Shown in pieces: positions 1-11,796 of a DNA stretch of 64,000 nt; positions within the stretch are counted from its first letter, which is position 1, and each line of letters opens with the position of its first letter. The stretch is from Azolla caroliniana (taxonomy: Eukaryota > Plantae > Polypodiophyta), in assembly GCA_043228905.1 (NCBI GenBank), contig JBHGNT010000014.1, positions 2,294,001-2,358,000 on the forward strand, in the 5' to 3' direction. The notes under the pieces were generated by a model. The model ran no database searches. It saw only the letters and a list, made by a program, of their open reading frames with translations, and was not told the DNA's origin. The position numbers and the translations under genes are program-made.

Positions 1-8
1 ACGGTGTC

Positions 9-2873
9 ATGAAGTTCAGCAAAGGGAGCTTGATTGTGGCTCGGGCCCGAAAGGTCAACACGCTGTACCTGATGAATGCCCGGTTATGTCCGGAAGAAGT
101 GAACGTGGCATCCGACACTGCCGGTGAGCTGTGGCACAAAAGGCTATGTCATATGAGCGAAAAGGGGATGAAGAGGCTTGGAGACGACAACCTCATTCCA
201 GTGAAGAATGTGCACTTGGAGAAGTGCACTGATTGTCGGGCCGGTAAGCAAAACCGGACCTCCTTCCGACCAAGGCCACCGATGAGACGTAATGCACCAC
301 TGGAGTTGGTGCATACGGATGTGTGTCAAGTAGACACGAAGTCACATTCCGGAGCGCAGTACTTCGTGACGTTCATAGATGACCACAGTCGGAAGCTGTG
401 GGCCACACCGTTGAAGACGAAGGATCAGGTGTTATCCGTCTTCAAAGAGCTCCACGTGAGAGTGAAAAGAGAAACCGGCCGGAAGCTGAAGGTGGTTTGA
501 GCAGATAATGGAGGAGAATACCGGGGGCAATTCGAGGAGTACTACCGCTCGAAGGGAATCCGGCTCGAATTTACCGTGCCGAAGACGCCGGAACTAAACG
601 GATTGGCCGAGAGGATGAACCGGACCATAATGGAGAGGGTCCAGAGTATGCTAGTGCATGCAAAACTACCCAAGAAGTTTTGGGCTGAGGCATTGTCGAC
701 GTCGACATATGTGATAAAGAGATCACCCTTAGTACCCTTGGACGGAGACACGCCACAGAGAGTATGGACCGGTAAGGAAGTGTCCTACCGGCATTTGAAG
801 GTGTTCGGGTGTATCACGTATGTGCATGTAGCTAAGGACCGGAGAGGAAAGTTAGATCCAAAGACCCGGCCATGCATATTCCTCGGTTACGTGTACGATG
901 AGTTCGGCTACCGAGTGTGGGACCTGGTCGACAAGAAGGTATTCTGGAGTCGAGATATTATCTTCATGGAGGACAAGACACTTGCCGACTGGGAGTCAGA
1001 GAAGAAGATAATGAACTCCGAGTCGACCGGTAAGGATAGACTCTACAATGAACAGACCCAACCGGCAAGAGACCGGTTAGCACTCGAGGAGCCAGCCGGT
1101 TACGGTGAGGATATTGAACCGACAGAAGAAGAAGTAGAGGAAGCTGAAACTGGAACCGGCCAAGACCCCGAATCGGATTCGGATGAAGAGCAAATGGAGG
1201 AGTCGGTTACCGAAGCCCGAAGAAGGAGATATCCTCTCAGAGAGAGAAGGGCGCCCCGGAGATTTCCGGATGCAAAGCATGTTCTGCTGACTGATGAGGG
1301 GGAGCCGGAAAGCTTCGAAGAAACGAAGGATGACACCCACAACCGCAAATGGTTAAGTGCCATGCAGGATGAGATGGATTCCCTACATGAGAACCATACG
1401 TACGAATTGGTGGAGCTGCCGAAAGGAAAGCGGGCACTCCGAAACAAGTGGGTGTACAAGTTGAAACCGGGAGAAGACGACAACCCCCCAAGATACAAAG
1501 CCAGGATCGTGGTGAAGGGGTTCCAGTAGAAAAAGGGCGTGGACTTTGACAAGATATTTGCCTCGGTAGTAAAGATGACCTCCATCCGGACGGTGATGAG
1601 TATAGTGGCAAGCATGGACCTCGAGGTAGAACAGCTGGACGTGAAAACGACATTCCTTCACGGCGACCTCGAAGAGGAGATCTACATGCAACAACCAGAG
1701 GGTTTTGTGGAGAAAGGGAAGGAGCACCTGGTATGCCGGCTGAAGAAGAGCTTGTACGGACTAAAGCGGGCTCCCCGACAATGGTACCGGAAGTTCGATT
1801 CCTTCATGATCGATCAAGGGTAGCACAAGACGCAGGCCGATCACTGCGTGTTTGTGAAGAAGTTCGAAGGAGGCGACTTCCTGATACTCCTTCTGTACGT
1901 GGATGACATGTTGACAGTCGGACAGGACCAAATCAAAATACGGATGCTGAAGAAGGCTTTCAACCGGACCTTCTCAATGAAAGACTTGGGTCCGGCAAGA
2001 CAGATGCTGGGCATGCATATTATCCGAAACCAGTCAGTGAAGCAATTATGGCTGTCACAGGAGAAGTACGTGACAAAGGTGCTTCACCGGTTCAACATGG
2101 CAGATGCGAAACCAGTCGGATCGACACTTCCGGCAAACTGCAGGCTATCTGGTAAGCAAAGCCCGAAGACGAAAGCAGAGAAGGTGGATATGATGAAGAT
2201 TCCATATGCCTCTGCCGTCAGGAGCTTGATGTACGCAATGGTGTGTACCCGACCGGATATAGGATACGCAATCGGAGTGGTGAGCCCATTCATGAGCAAT
2301 CCCGGGAAGGAGCACTGGAACGCGGTCAAATGGATACTCCGGTACTTGAAGGGCACTTCACATATTTGTCTCCGATTCGGCTCTGGAAAACCTCAACTTA
2401 ACGGTTTCACCGATTCCGACATGTCGGCTGATGTGGATACTAGCCAGTCTACATCCGGGTATGTAATGACATATGAAGGGGGAGCTGTGTCGTTGCAGTC
2501 GAGGCTGCAGAAGACGGTTGCATTGTCAACCACGGAGGCGGAGTACATGGCGGCTGTGGAAGCCGACAAGGAAATATTATGGATGAAGGACTTCATCGGA
2601 GAACTCGGTATCCGGCAAGATGAATACCGACTCTATTGCGACAGTCAAAGTGCCATCCATCTTGCTAAGAATGCGGCCTACCATTCCCGGACGAAGCATA
2701 TCCAGCGAATATATCACTGGATCCTGGAAAGAGTAGATGACCAGGAGTTCGCACTGACAAAGATCCACACGGCCGAGAACGGGTCAGATATGCTGACCAA
2801 AGTGTTGATACCCGACAAGCTGGATGCATGCCGGAAGAGGATCAGACTGGTAAGACACCCCATGCCAGAGTGA
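9..2873 (+). pseudogene. Copia pol (integrase-RT-RNase H) with in-frame stops
   Basis: ORFs 9..500, 576..1529, 1539..1823 and 1848..2873 share one frame and are collinear with the intact 1357-aa polyprotein. Confidence 0.93.
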
Positions 2874-2883
2874 AGGCGGAGTT

Positions 2884-3438
2884 TGTTGGGAGACAGGTCC
2901 CTCCGGATGGGAAGGGAGAAGAACAGTGTCGATGAACAAACTCGGCCGAGGGCGAAACCGGATGGTGCAGACCCGGTGAGAACCGGATGAAGAGACATAT
3001 TGGTAAATATGTTTCTGAGAGTACATAGAGGCTATATTTGTAAATAGCCGAAAAGTCATATTAGTATAAATATGACTTAGGGCAAACATTTAGTTGTTGT
3101 TATTCTTGTTGGTGCAAGAAGAGAGATAGCGCGTAACCGTGTACAGAGAGAGACAGAGAGAGAAAGAGGTCGTTGCCTCTGTTGTAACCGCTGCCTGTGG
3201 CGAAGATCGTGAGCACGAGGTCGTTGCCTCCGTGAACTCAATGTTGTACATTCTAACATAGTGATAGTTTGCAGCCTGTGGGTTGCCGTGGTTTTTTCCC
3301 CAGTTTGGGGTTCTCCACGTAAACATCCTGTGTACTCTTCTCATTCTCTGTGTCGTGTTTATTTCCCGTTTTTCTGTGTATGATTCTAAGCTCAGTTGTG
3401 GCCAAGCGTTGCGTAGAAGGAGCGTACAGTTCCTGTCA
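2884..3438 (+). repeat. 3' LTR of Copia A1
   Basis: Starts TGTTGGGAG after the PPT, ends CCTGTCA; shares the TATA hairpin and U5 motifs with the other family-A LTRs. Confidence 0.88.
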
Positions 3439-4554
3439 TTCATTGACATCTTACCTTTTTCCAAGGTATTTAGCTCAGTCTTCAACTGAAGCTTTCTAGC
3501 CTTTGTGTTCACTGCAAATAGTTTTACTAAACTGTCCCAAGCTTCTTTTAGAAGCATAACATCCTGTATGTGTCCAAGCATCGAATTTGAGATGCTAAGT
3601 GATGGCCAATGCAATACTTTCCTTGCCCCTTGATTCCATTCCTTAAATGCTTTGAACTGTGCAGTAGTTGCATTTTCTTCAGGGATCTCTAGAGCCTCTT
3701 GTAGGTCTCCTTCAATGTAATCCTAGTATCCTTTTCCCATTACTAAATTTGTCATTCTGAATTTCCACACCAGGAAATCGTTATTATCCAACTTTTCTGT
3801 GACTATTTGGCTTCCATTTTCAACAACCATTCTCTCTTTTAATTAGGGCTTTTGCTATGATTAACTTCACAGACAACTCTCTGATTTAGATTAGCAACCA
3901 GAAACAACCTTCTCAGATCTGTATTGTTCTAATCTTCTTTACAAGCAACTCTGCTCTGATACCATGTTACGAAGGCGCTCTGGCTCTTCTTTATGCACAA
4001 CAGATCGTGACGTGCTGGATCGTTTAGTGCTCAAGAAAGAAAAGGAAGGGGAAGGAGACTTACCTCTGTGTAAAACAAACGCTTCTATTCCATTACACGT
4101 AGAGCTCAACTTGTTCTCGTCAGTTTTCTGTTTTCTATTCTTACAACTACTGTCACTTACACTCTTCTCTTCTACTTACTTTTTATCTATGTTATAAGTG
4201 ACTTATATATGCAGCTAATTAGCTGTCAGTAGCTAAATAACTGTCAGTAGCTAAATAGTTGTGCATAGCTAAATAGTTGTTTCTAATTAGTTGTTAGTAG
4301 CTAAATAACTATTTCACCTTTATGTCCACTAGTAGCTATTTAGCTTTAAATAACTACTATAGCTTATTTCTCAATAAGCATCACATACCTTTGTTGAGCT
4401 TGCTTCTCAACACTGTAGCCAGTCATGTAATTAGCGGACGTCATCGTTGCGTTGACCCTTTTGTCCCTCTTCCTTTCCATACTCCCCCCTCCCCCTTTTA
4501 TGAGTCCTAACCCATGAACAAAGGGAACACCATTTTCTCCAAATATCCCCAACA
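3439..4554 (-). mobile_element. 5' end of an older Copia (host of A1): 5' LTR 3965-4554, tRNA-iMet PBS 3953-3964, gag start 3830
   Basis: PBS TGGTATCAGAGC on minus; gag MVVENGSQIVTEKLDNNDFLVWKFRM...AWDSLVKLFAVNTKARKLQLK; LTR TGT..ACA. Confidence 0.82.
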
Positions 4555-4639
4555 TTTATGCATACAAAGACACATAAATATCATGTAGTCATAGAAATTT
4601 ATATACTCACACTGTGTGAGTATCGGCAATGGTTTCACT

Positions 4640-4865
4640 CAAGCCTAAACCGAGCCATTAAAACTTTTTTAAATGGTTTGGCGGTTCAATTCAGTTTAGA
4701 CTTGAGCTTCCTTAACCTATTTGAGCTCTGTTCGGGATGCATCACTCAAGCCGAACCAAATCAATTTGGTCCAAACTAGCTTGGTTAAACCGGTTCCTAA
4801 ATTGGTTTAGGCTTAACCAGTTTGATTTGAGCAAGGGCAAACCGGTTAAGCTGAAACCAAACCAT
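4640..4865. repeat. AACCG/AACCGGTT-rich low-complexity tract, possible DNA-transposon subterminal remnant
   Basis: Dense AACC/GGTT motifs in both orientations; no TIR or TSD found. Confidence 0.3.
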
Positions 4866-4879
4866 TGTTGATTTCTACT

Positions 4880-5578
4880 TACAAATCTCTACCTGTATTT
4901 TTGTAGCTTTGAACAAAGCTCCCACCTAAACAAAAAGTTATTCTGAAATCAAGGGAGGAAGTAAAAAAGTATGAAAGGTCTAACATTTGTCCGCGTCGAC
5001 TCGCATTTATGCAGAGTTGCGGAATCCGTGCTCCAGCTTGCATTGTGCGTAGTTGCGAAGTCTGTGCTTCAGCTTGCGTCTTTCTTCGCGGCTTTGCGCG
5101 GTAGATCGACTCTTTGCGGCTTTGTTGCGCGGTTGCGGAATCCACGTGTGATTGCATAGTGTCTTCAGTACTACCCCTCAAGCTTGGCAAGTCAGGGATC
5201 GTCAAGCCGAGATCGGTCATGAATTGCCATAGCTTGTCGGCTCCTAAGGCTTTAATGAAGATGTCGACCGTTTGAAGATTTGTGCTAATGTGTTGTAGGT
5301 CGACATCGCCAGCTAGAACGCGCTCTCGGATGAAGTGATAGTGCACCTCGATGTGGTTTGTATGTGCGTGGAACACCGGGTTCCGAGCCAGATAGATACT
5401 GCTCATGTTGTCGCAGTAAAGGGAAGTCAGATCCTTGATGGGTACGCCCAGATCCTTGAGTATCCTTTTCAACCATACGGCTTCACATGCGGCCATTGTT
5501 GTGCCCCTGTATTCCGCCTCTGTGCTTGAAAGAGCGATGGTTGGTTGCTTTTTGCTGCTCCAGGATATTGCTCCGTTG
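4880..5578 (-). mobile_element. Copia family B-like host, RNase H end, PPT and probable 3' LTR start (left part, split by A2)
   Basis: AACEAVWLKRIL...HIEVHYHFIRE...PSLRG; PPT-like TTGAGGGGTAG at about 5171-5181; continues at 11081 after TSD CGTTG. Confidence 0.85.
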
Positions 5579-8500
5579 TGATGGAAAATCGATTAACACT
5601 TTCCAAACTTCACCTCTCGGCCACAACCAAGAAAACACACGAATCGTTGTTGCAGAAATATGGGTAATGCGAAAAATAGAGTGGACACACGATTTAACGT
5701 GGAAAACCCTGTACGGGAAAAACCACGGGAGTACAAGACTCCGAACCAAAACTATACACAGAGAAGTATACAATGGCGAGCTGCAAGGCGACGACCTTGA
5801 GCTCGCTGTCTTCGCCACAGGCGGCGGAAATACACAGAGGCGTCGACCTCTTCCTCTCTCACGCTCTATCTCTCTCACGGCTGCTCTCTCTTCACTCCTC
5901 TTGAGTGGAAAAACAGAAAAGTGAGTAGCAGCATAAAACTGTTTGCCCTAAGTCATATTTATACACATATGACTTTGGGGCTATTTACAACTATAGCCTC
6001 AAGGGCCCTTGGCAAACATATTCACAGATATGTCCCCGCATCCGGATCTCTCTCCGGGTACATTCGGCATCCGGCTCCGTAGCCGGGGTCTTCATCATCC
6101 GGATCCGAAACCGGGTCTTCGTCATCCGGCTCCGTAGCCGGGGTCTTCATCATCCGGATCCGAAACCGGGTCTTCATCATCCGGTTCCAATACCGGGTAC
6201 TCCTCATTCGGGTCTTCATTCCCGATTCCCGGACATCTGATCATCCCATCCGGAGGGACCGTAATCCCAACAAACTCCCCCTTCACTTCGGCATGGGATG
6301 TCTTTCCAGTCCGACCCTCTTCCGGCACGCTTCCAGCTTGTCGGGTGTGAGCACTTTGGTCAGCATATCTGACCCGTTGTCGTCCGTGTGGATCTTCGTC
6401 AGCACGAACTCCTGGTCTTCTATCCTTTCCCGGATCCAGTGATATCTTCGCTGGATGTGCTTCGTCCGGGAGTGATAGGCCGCATTCTTCGCAAGGTGGA
6501 TGGCACTCTGACTGTCGCAGTAGAGTCGGTACTCCTCCTGCCGGATACCGAGCTCTCTAATGAAGTCCTTCATCCATATTATTTCCTTGCCGGCTTCAAC
6601 AGCCGCCATGTACTCCGCCTCCGTGGTTGACAACGCAACCGTCTTCTGCAGCCTCGACTGCCATGAAACAGCTCCCCCTGCATACGTCATCACATACCCT
6701 GATGTAGACCGGTTGGTATCTGCATCAGCCGACATATCCGAATCGGTGAAGCCGTCGAGTTCGGGCTTACCGGAGCCGAATCGGAGGCACACGTTTGCCG
6801 TGCCCTTCAGGTATCGGAGTATCCACTTGGCCGCGCTCCAATGCTCTTTGCCGGGATTGCTCATGTACCGGCTCACCACTCCGACTGCGTATCCAATGTC
6901 CGGTCTTGTACACACCATTGCGTACATCAAGCTTCCGACGGCAGAGGCATATGGTACTTTCATCATGTCCTCCTTCTCAGCCTTTGTCTTGGGGCTTTGC
7001 TCGCTGGACAGCTTGCAGTTTGCCGGGAGGGTCGATCCGACCGGTCTTGCTTCCGACATGTTGAACCGTTGAAGCACCTTTGTCACGTACTTCTCCTGTG
7101 ACAGCCACAACTGCTTCTTCTTCCGGTCCCGGATGATGTGCATCCCTAGTATTTGCCTCGCCGGACCCAAGTCCTTCGTTGAGAAGGTTCGGTGAAGAGC
7201 CTTCTTCAGCATCCGTATCTTGACCTGGTCCCGTCCGACGATCAACATGTCGTCCACGTACAGGAGGAGTATTAGAAAGTCTCCTCCTTCGAACTTCTTC
7301 ACAAACACGCAGTGGTCGGACTGCGTTTTGAGGTACCCTTCGTCGATCATGAAGGAGTCGAACTTCCGGTACCATTGCCGGGGAGCCTGCTTCAGTCCGT
7401 AAAGGCTCTTCTTCAACCGGCATACCAGGTGCTCCTTCCCTTTCTTCTCGAATCCTTCCGGTTGCTGCATGTAGATCTCTTCTTCGAGGTCACCGTGAAG
7501 GAATGCCGTCTTCACGTCCATCTGTTCTACCTCGAGGTCCATGCTTGTCGCTATGCTCAGCACCGTCCAGATGGAGGTCATTTTCACTACCGGGGCAAAT
7601 ATCTCGTCGAAGTCGACGCCCTTCTTCTGCTGAAACCCCTTCACCACGATCCTGGCTTTGTATCTCGGGGGGTTTCCGGCATCTCCCGGTTTCAGCTTGA
7701 ACACCCACTTGTTTCGAAGTGCCCGCTTTCCTTTCGGCAACTCCACAAGCTCATATGTGTGGTTCTCATGCAGGGAATCCATCTCGTCCTGCATGGCACT
7801 CAACCACCTGCGGCTCTGGGTGTCATGCTTTGCTTCTTCAAAGCTCTCCGGCTCCCCCTCGTCGGTTAGCAGCACGTGCTCTGGTTCCGGAAATCTCCGG
7901 GGGGCCCTTCTCTCTCTTAGAGGATATCTCCGTTCCGGAGCTTCGGTAACCGGTTCTTCCGATTCTTCTTCATCCGAATCCATTTCGGGATCGGGGCCGG
8001 TTCCGGTATCATTTTCATCTTCTTCGGCCGGTTCTGTTTCTTCATAGTCTTCGGCCGGATCCTCGAGTGTTAACCGGTCCCTTGCCGGTCGGGACTGCTC
8101 CTCGTAGAGTTGATCCTCACCGGTCGACTTGGAGCTCTTCATCTTCTTCTCCGACTCCCAGTCGGCGAGTGTCTTGTTCTCCATGAAGATGATGTCACGA
8201 CTCCGGAATATCTTCTTGTCGACCGGGTCCCATACTCGGTAGCCGAACTCGTCATCGCCGTAACCGAGGAATATGCATGGCCGGGTCTTTGGATCTAGCT
8301 TTCCTCTCCGGTCCTTTGCCACATGCACGTATGCGAGACACCCGAACACCTTCAGATGCCGGTAAGATACTTCCCTACCGGTCCACACTCTCTGCGGCGT
8401 GTCTCCGTCCAAAGGTACTGAGGGTGATCTGTTTATCACGTATGTCGCCGTCGACATCTCCTCACCCCAAAACCCCTTGGGTAATTCAACATGCGCCAGC

Positions 8501-11080
8501 ATACTCCGGACCCTCTCCATTATGGTCCGGTTCATCCTCTCGGCCAGCCCGTTCAGTTCCGGCGTCTTCGGCACAGTAAACTCGAGCCGGATTCCCTTCG
8601 AGCGATAGTACTCCGCGAACTGGCCCCGGTATTCCCCTCCGTTATCCGCTCGTATCGCTTTCAGCTTCTTGCCGGATTCTCTTTCCACTCTCGCATGGAG
8701 TTCTTTGAAGACGGACAACACTTGGTCCTTTGTCTTCAACGGTGCCGTCCACATCTTCCGGTTGTGATCATCAATGAATGTTACGAAGTACTGGGCTCCG
8801 CCATGTGACTTCGTTTCTACCTGACACACATCAGTGTGTACCAACTCCAATGGTACACTACGTCTCGTCGGTGGCCTTGAGTGGAAGGAAGCTCGGTTCT
8901 GCTTACCGGCCAGGCAATCGGTGCACTTCTCCAGGTGCACGTGCTTCACTGGAATAAGGTTGTCTTCTGCAAGCCTCTTCATCCCCTTCTCACTCATGTG
9001 GCACAGTCTTTTGTGCCACAGTTCACCGGCAGTGTCGGCTGCCACATTCAGCTCTTCCGGACATAAACGGGCATTCATCAGGTACAGAGTGTTGTCTTTC
9101 CGGGCCCGAGCCACTATCAGGCTCCCCTTGCTGAACTTCATTACGCCGTTCCGGATGCTACCCGTGTAGCCTTCATCGTCTAGCCTCCCAGCCGAAATCA
9201 GGTTCAATCGAACCTCCGGAACGTGTCGGACATCCTTCAGCAGCATTTTGCATCCGGTCGGGGTTGTCAGCCACACGTCTCCTATGCCGGCAATCCGGCA
9301 CGTACCTTCATTTCCCATCCGTACACAGCCATGTTCACCGGCGGTGTAGGATGAGAAGTATCTTCTCTCCGGGGTCAGGTGGAACGACGCTCCAGAATCG
9401 ACCACCCAGGTCGTCTCATCGCCGGCAATGTTTAGTTCACCTTCTTCGGTGATGAGCATGATTTCTTCCTCACTTGCCGCGAGTGCCGTCGTTCCTTTCC
9501 GGTCCTGCCCTCGCCGATCCGGACCTCTCTGGTCCGTGGCTCCCCGGTATGCACCGTTTCTCTCCGGTGACTTCTTCGAATCGGTGTCGTCGGCTCCGTT
9601 GTCCTTTCGGTAATGCCGACAATTTTTCCGGAAATGCCCCGGCTTCCCACAGTGGAAGCATGTGGGTCTTCCTCTTGACTGCGACCGGGTCCCCGACTTC
9701 TCCCATCTTTGCGGACTCCGGTTCCATTGCCTTCCCCGATCCGATTCGGTAAGTAGCGCCTTCGAGTCGGAAGCCGGTTCTTTATCTCTCCGACGCGCTT
9801 CTTCGTTCAAAATACTTGTCTTTACCGTTTGTAGGGACAAGTTGTCTTCCGTGCAGGAGGTGCTGAGAGTCACCACCAAGTTCTCCCAGCTTTCCGGCAA
9901 TGTACACATCAGAATGATGGCTTGCATTGCATCCTCCAGCGGGAACTTGATCGCCGCAAGCTGGTTCACGAATCCCATGAACGTGCTTACGTGTTCCACC
10001 ATACTCTCGCCGTCCCGGTACTTGAGATTCACAATCTTCCTCATCAGGGAGGTCCGGTTCAACGCATTCTTCCTCTCGTAGAGGCCCGACAGCTTCCGCC
10101 ACATCTCATATGCGTTGGTGTCGTTCGCCACATGTTGTAGAACGCTCACGTCTACGTATTGCCGAATGGTTGCAACGGCTTTCCGGTTCAGAAGCCTCCA
10201 TTCCGACTCAAGTACCCCCTTCGGTATTTCCGACCTGTCAATCGGTTCGTACAGGTCCCGAACAATCAGAAGATCCTCCATCTTGATCTTCCAGTCGGCG
10301 TAATTCTGCGCGTTCAGCACCATCATCCCCGGCTGCCCGCTGCCGCCGCCTTCCATTTTCTGCAGCAGCTCGCTCTGATACCAAATTGATGGAAAATCGA
10401 TTAACACTTTCCAAACTTCACCTCTCGGCCACAACCAAGGAAACACACGAATCGTTGTTGCAGAAATATGGGTAATGCGAAAAATAGAGTGGACACACGA
10501 TTTAACGTGGAAAACCCTGTACGGGAAAAACCACGGGAGTACAAGACTCCGAACCAAAACTATACACAGAGAAGTATACAATGGCGAGCTGCAAGGCGAC
10601 GACCTTGAGCTCGCTGTCTTCGCCACAGGCGGCGGAAATACACAGAGGCGTCGACCTCTTCCTCTCTCACGCTCTATCTCTCTCACGGCTGCTCTCTCTT
10701 CACTCCTCTTGAGTGGAAAAACAGAAAAGTGAGTAGCAGCATAAAACTGTTTGCCCTAAGTCATATTTATACACATATGACTTTGGGGCTATTTACAACT
10801 ATAGCCTCAAGGGCCCTTGGCAAACATATTCACAGATATGTCCCCGCATCCGGATCTCTCTCCGGGTACATTCGGCATCCGGCTCCGTAGCCGGGGTCTT
10901 CATCATCCGGATCCGAAACCGGGTCTTCGTCATCCGGCTCCGTAGCCGGGGTCTTCATCATCCGGATCCGAAACCGGGTCTTCATCATCCGGTTCCAATA
11001 CCGGGTACTCCTCATTCAGGTCTTCATTCCCGATTCCCGGACATCTGATCATCCCATCCGGAGGGACCGTAATCCCAACA
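5579..11080 (-). mobile_element. Intact young Ty1/Copia element A2
   Basis: 694-bp LTRs (5579-6272, 10387-11080) with about 2 differences seen; TSD CGTTG (5574-5578, 11081-11085); PBS-iMet 10372-10383; PPT 6273-6284; uninterrupted ORF. Confidence 0.98.
6283..10356 (-). CDS. Copia gag-pol polyprotein, 1357 aa (gag, CCHC knuckle, protease, integrase, RT, RNase H)
   Basis: Start MEGGGSG just after the PBS; CFHCGKPGHFRKNC, WVVDSGAS, HTD..FIDD..DNGGE, YVDD, RNase H. Confidence 0.96.
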   Translation of the reverse strand: MEGGGSGQPGMMVLNAQNYADWKIKMEDLLIVRDLYEPIDRSEIPKGVLESEWRLLNRKAVATIRQYVDVSVLQHVANDTNAYEMWRKLSGLYERKNALNRTSLMRKIVNLKYRDGESMVEHVSTFMGFVNQLAAIKFPLEDAMQAIILMCTLPESWENLVVTLSTSCTEDNLSLQTVKTSILNEEARRRDKEPASDSKALLTESDRGRQWNRSPQRWEKSGTRSQSRGRPTCFHCGKPGHFRKNCRHYRKDNGADDTDSKKSPERNGAYRGATDQRGPDRRGQDRKGTTALAASEEEIMLITEEGELNIAGDETTWVVDSGASFHLTPERRYFSSYTAGEHGCVRMGNEGTCRIAGIGDVWLTTPTGCKMLLKDVRHVPEVRLNLISAGRLDDEGYTGSIRNGVMKFSKGSLIVARARKDNTLYLMNARLCPEELNVAADTAGELWHKRLCHMSEKGMKRLAEDNLIPVKHVHLEKCTDCLAGKQNRASFHSRPPTRRSVPLELVHTDVCQVETKSHGGAQYFVTFIDDHNRKMWTAPLKTKDQVLSVFKELHARVERESGKKLKAIRADNGGEYRGQFAEYYRSKGIRLEFTVPKTPELNGLAERMNRTIMERVRSMLAHVELPKGFWGEEMSTATYVINRSPSVPLDGDTPQRVWTGREVSYRHLKVFGCLAYVHVAKDRRGKLDPKTRPCIFLGYGDDEFGYRVWDPVDKKIFRSRDIIFMENKTLADWESEKKMKSSKSTGEDQLYEEQSRPARDRLTLEDPAEDYEETEPAEEDENDTGTGPDPEMDSDEEESEEPVTEAPERRYPLRERRAPRRFPEPEHVLLTDEGEPESFEEAKHDTQSRRWLSAMQDEMDSLHENHTYELVELPKGKRALRNKWVFKLKPGDAGNPPRYKARIVVKGFQQKKGVDFDEIFAPVVKMTSIWTVLSIATSMDLEVEQMDVKTAFLHGDLEEEIYMQQPEGFEKKGKEHLVCRLKKSLYGLKQAPRQWYRKFDSFMIDEGYLKTQSDHCVFVKKFEGGDFLILLLYVDDMLIVGRDQVKIRMLKKALHRTFSTKDLGPARQILGMHIIRDRKKKQLWLSQEKYVTKVLQRFNMSEARPVGSTLPANCKLSSEQSPKTKAEKEDMMKVPYASAVGSLMYAMVCTRPDIGYAVGVVSRYMSNPGKEHWSAAKWILRYLKGTANVCLRFGSGKPELDGFTDSDMSADADTNRSTSGYVMTYAGGAVSWQSRLQKTVALSTTEAEYMAAVEAGKEIIWMKDFIRELGIRQEEYRLYCDSQSAIHLAKNAAYHSRTKHIQRRYHWIRERIEDQEFVLTKIHTDDNGSDMLTKVLTPDKLEACRKRVGLERHPMPK

Positions 11081-11796
11081 CGTTGCTGGGGGAAAAAAAA
11101 ATCCGGAGGTTGATCTTCTATCAGCTTTGTAGTTGGCCCAATCGGCGTTTGTGTACCCCTCGAGTCGTATTGGCATCACGGTCTTGTAGAGGATACCACA
11201 ATCCATCGTGCCGCTCACGTATCGTAGAACTCACTTAGCACAATCCAAGTCAGTATCACGCGGTGTTTGCATTAATTGGCTAAGGAGACCGACCGGATAA
11301 TTGAGATCAGGTCGAGTGAGCGTGAGGTAGATGAGACTCCCGATGAGTTGCCGATACTGAGTCGGTTGCCAAAGTTCGCATCTAGTTTGATATTGCGATC
11401 GAGCGGGGTTGCCGCGGATTTGCACTCAGCCATACCAAACTTGTATAACAAGTTGAGGATGTAGTGCCGTTGAGAGATCATGATTCCGGTCGGAGTCCGA
11501 ATTACCTCGATAACGAGGAAGTAGTGGAGCTCCTTCATGTCCATCATCTCGAACTTGTCGGAAAGGAGGGATTTGACCTTATTGATTTCGACGAGATGGT
11601 CACGTCCAATGACTAGGTCATCCACATATAAAATGATGACGATCGGACTTGCGGAATCGCTTCGTATGTAGAGGGAGTTGTCCAATTTTGATATACAGAA
11701 GCCAATTTGAGGAAGATATTGCGTTATCTTCGAATGCCAAGCACGCGGTGCTTGCTTGAGGCTGTAGAGTGGCTTCTTGAGTCGGCATACAAATTT
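11081..11796 (-). mobile_element. Copia family B-like host, RT/RNase H fragment (right part)
   Basis: [38 protein letters not shown]; frameshifted. Confidence 0.88.

Larger units (their letters stand above)
1..3438 (+). mobile_element. Ty1/Copia LTR retrotransposon, family A copy A1 (5' part outside window), decayed
   Basis: GAG-pre-integrase (LWHKRLCH), integrase, RT (YVDD) and RNase H in one frame, broken by stops at 498, 1527 and 1821; PPT 2872-2883; 3' LTR TG..CA 2884-3438; interrupts the gag of another Copia. Confidence 0.95.

Noticed and set aside
10357-10686. 110-aa N-terminal extension of the 1467-aa ORF (and 35 aa in the 1392-aa ORF)
   Set aside because: Lies in LTR/PBS sequence, uses non-ATG starts and is not shared by the two copies; the true start is MEGGG
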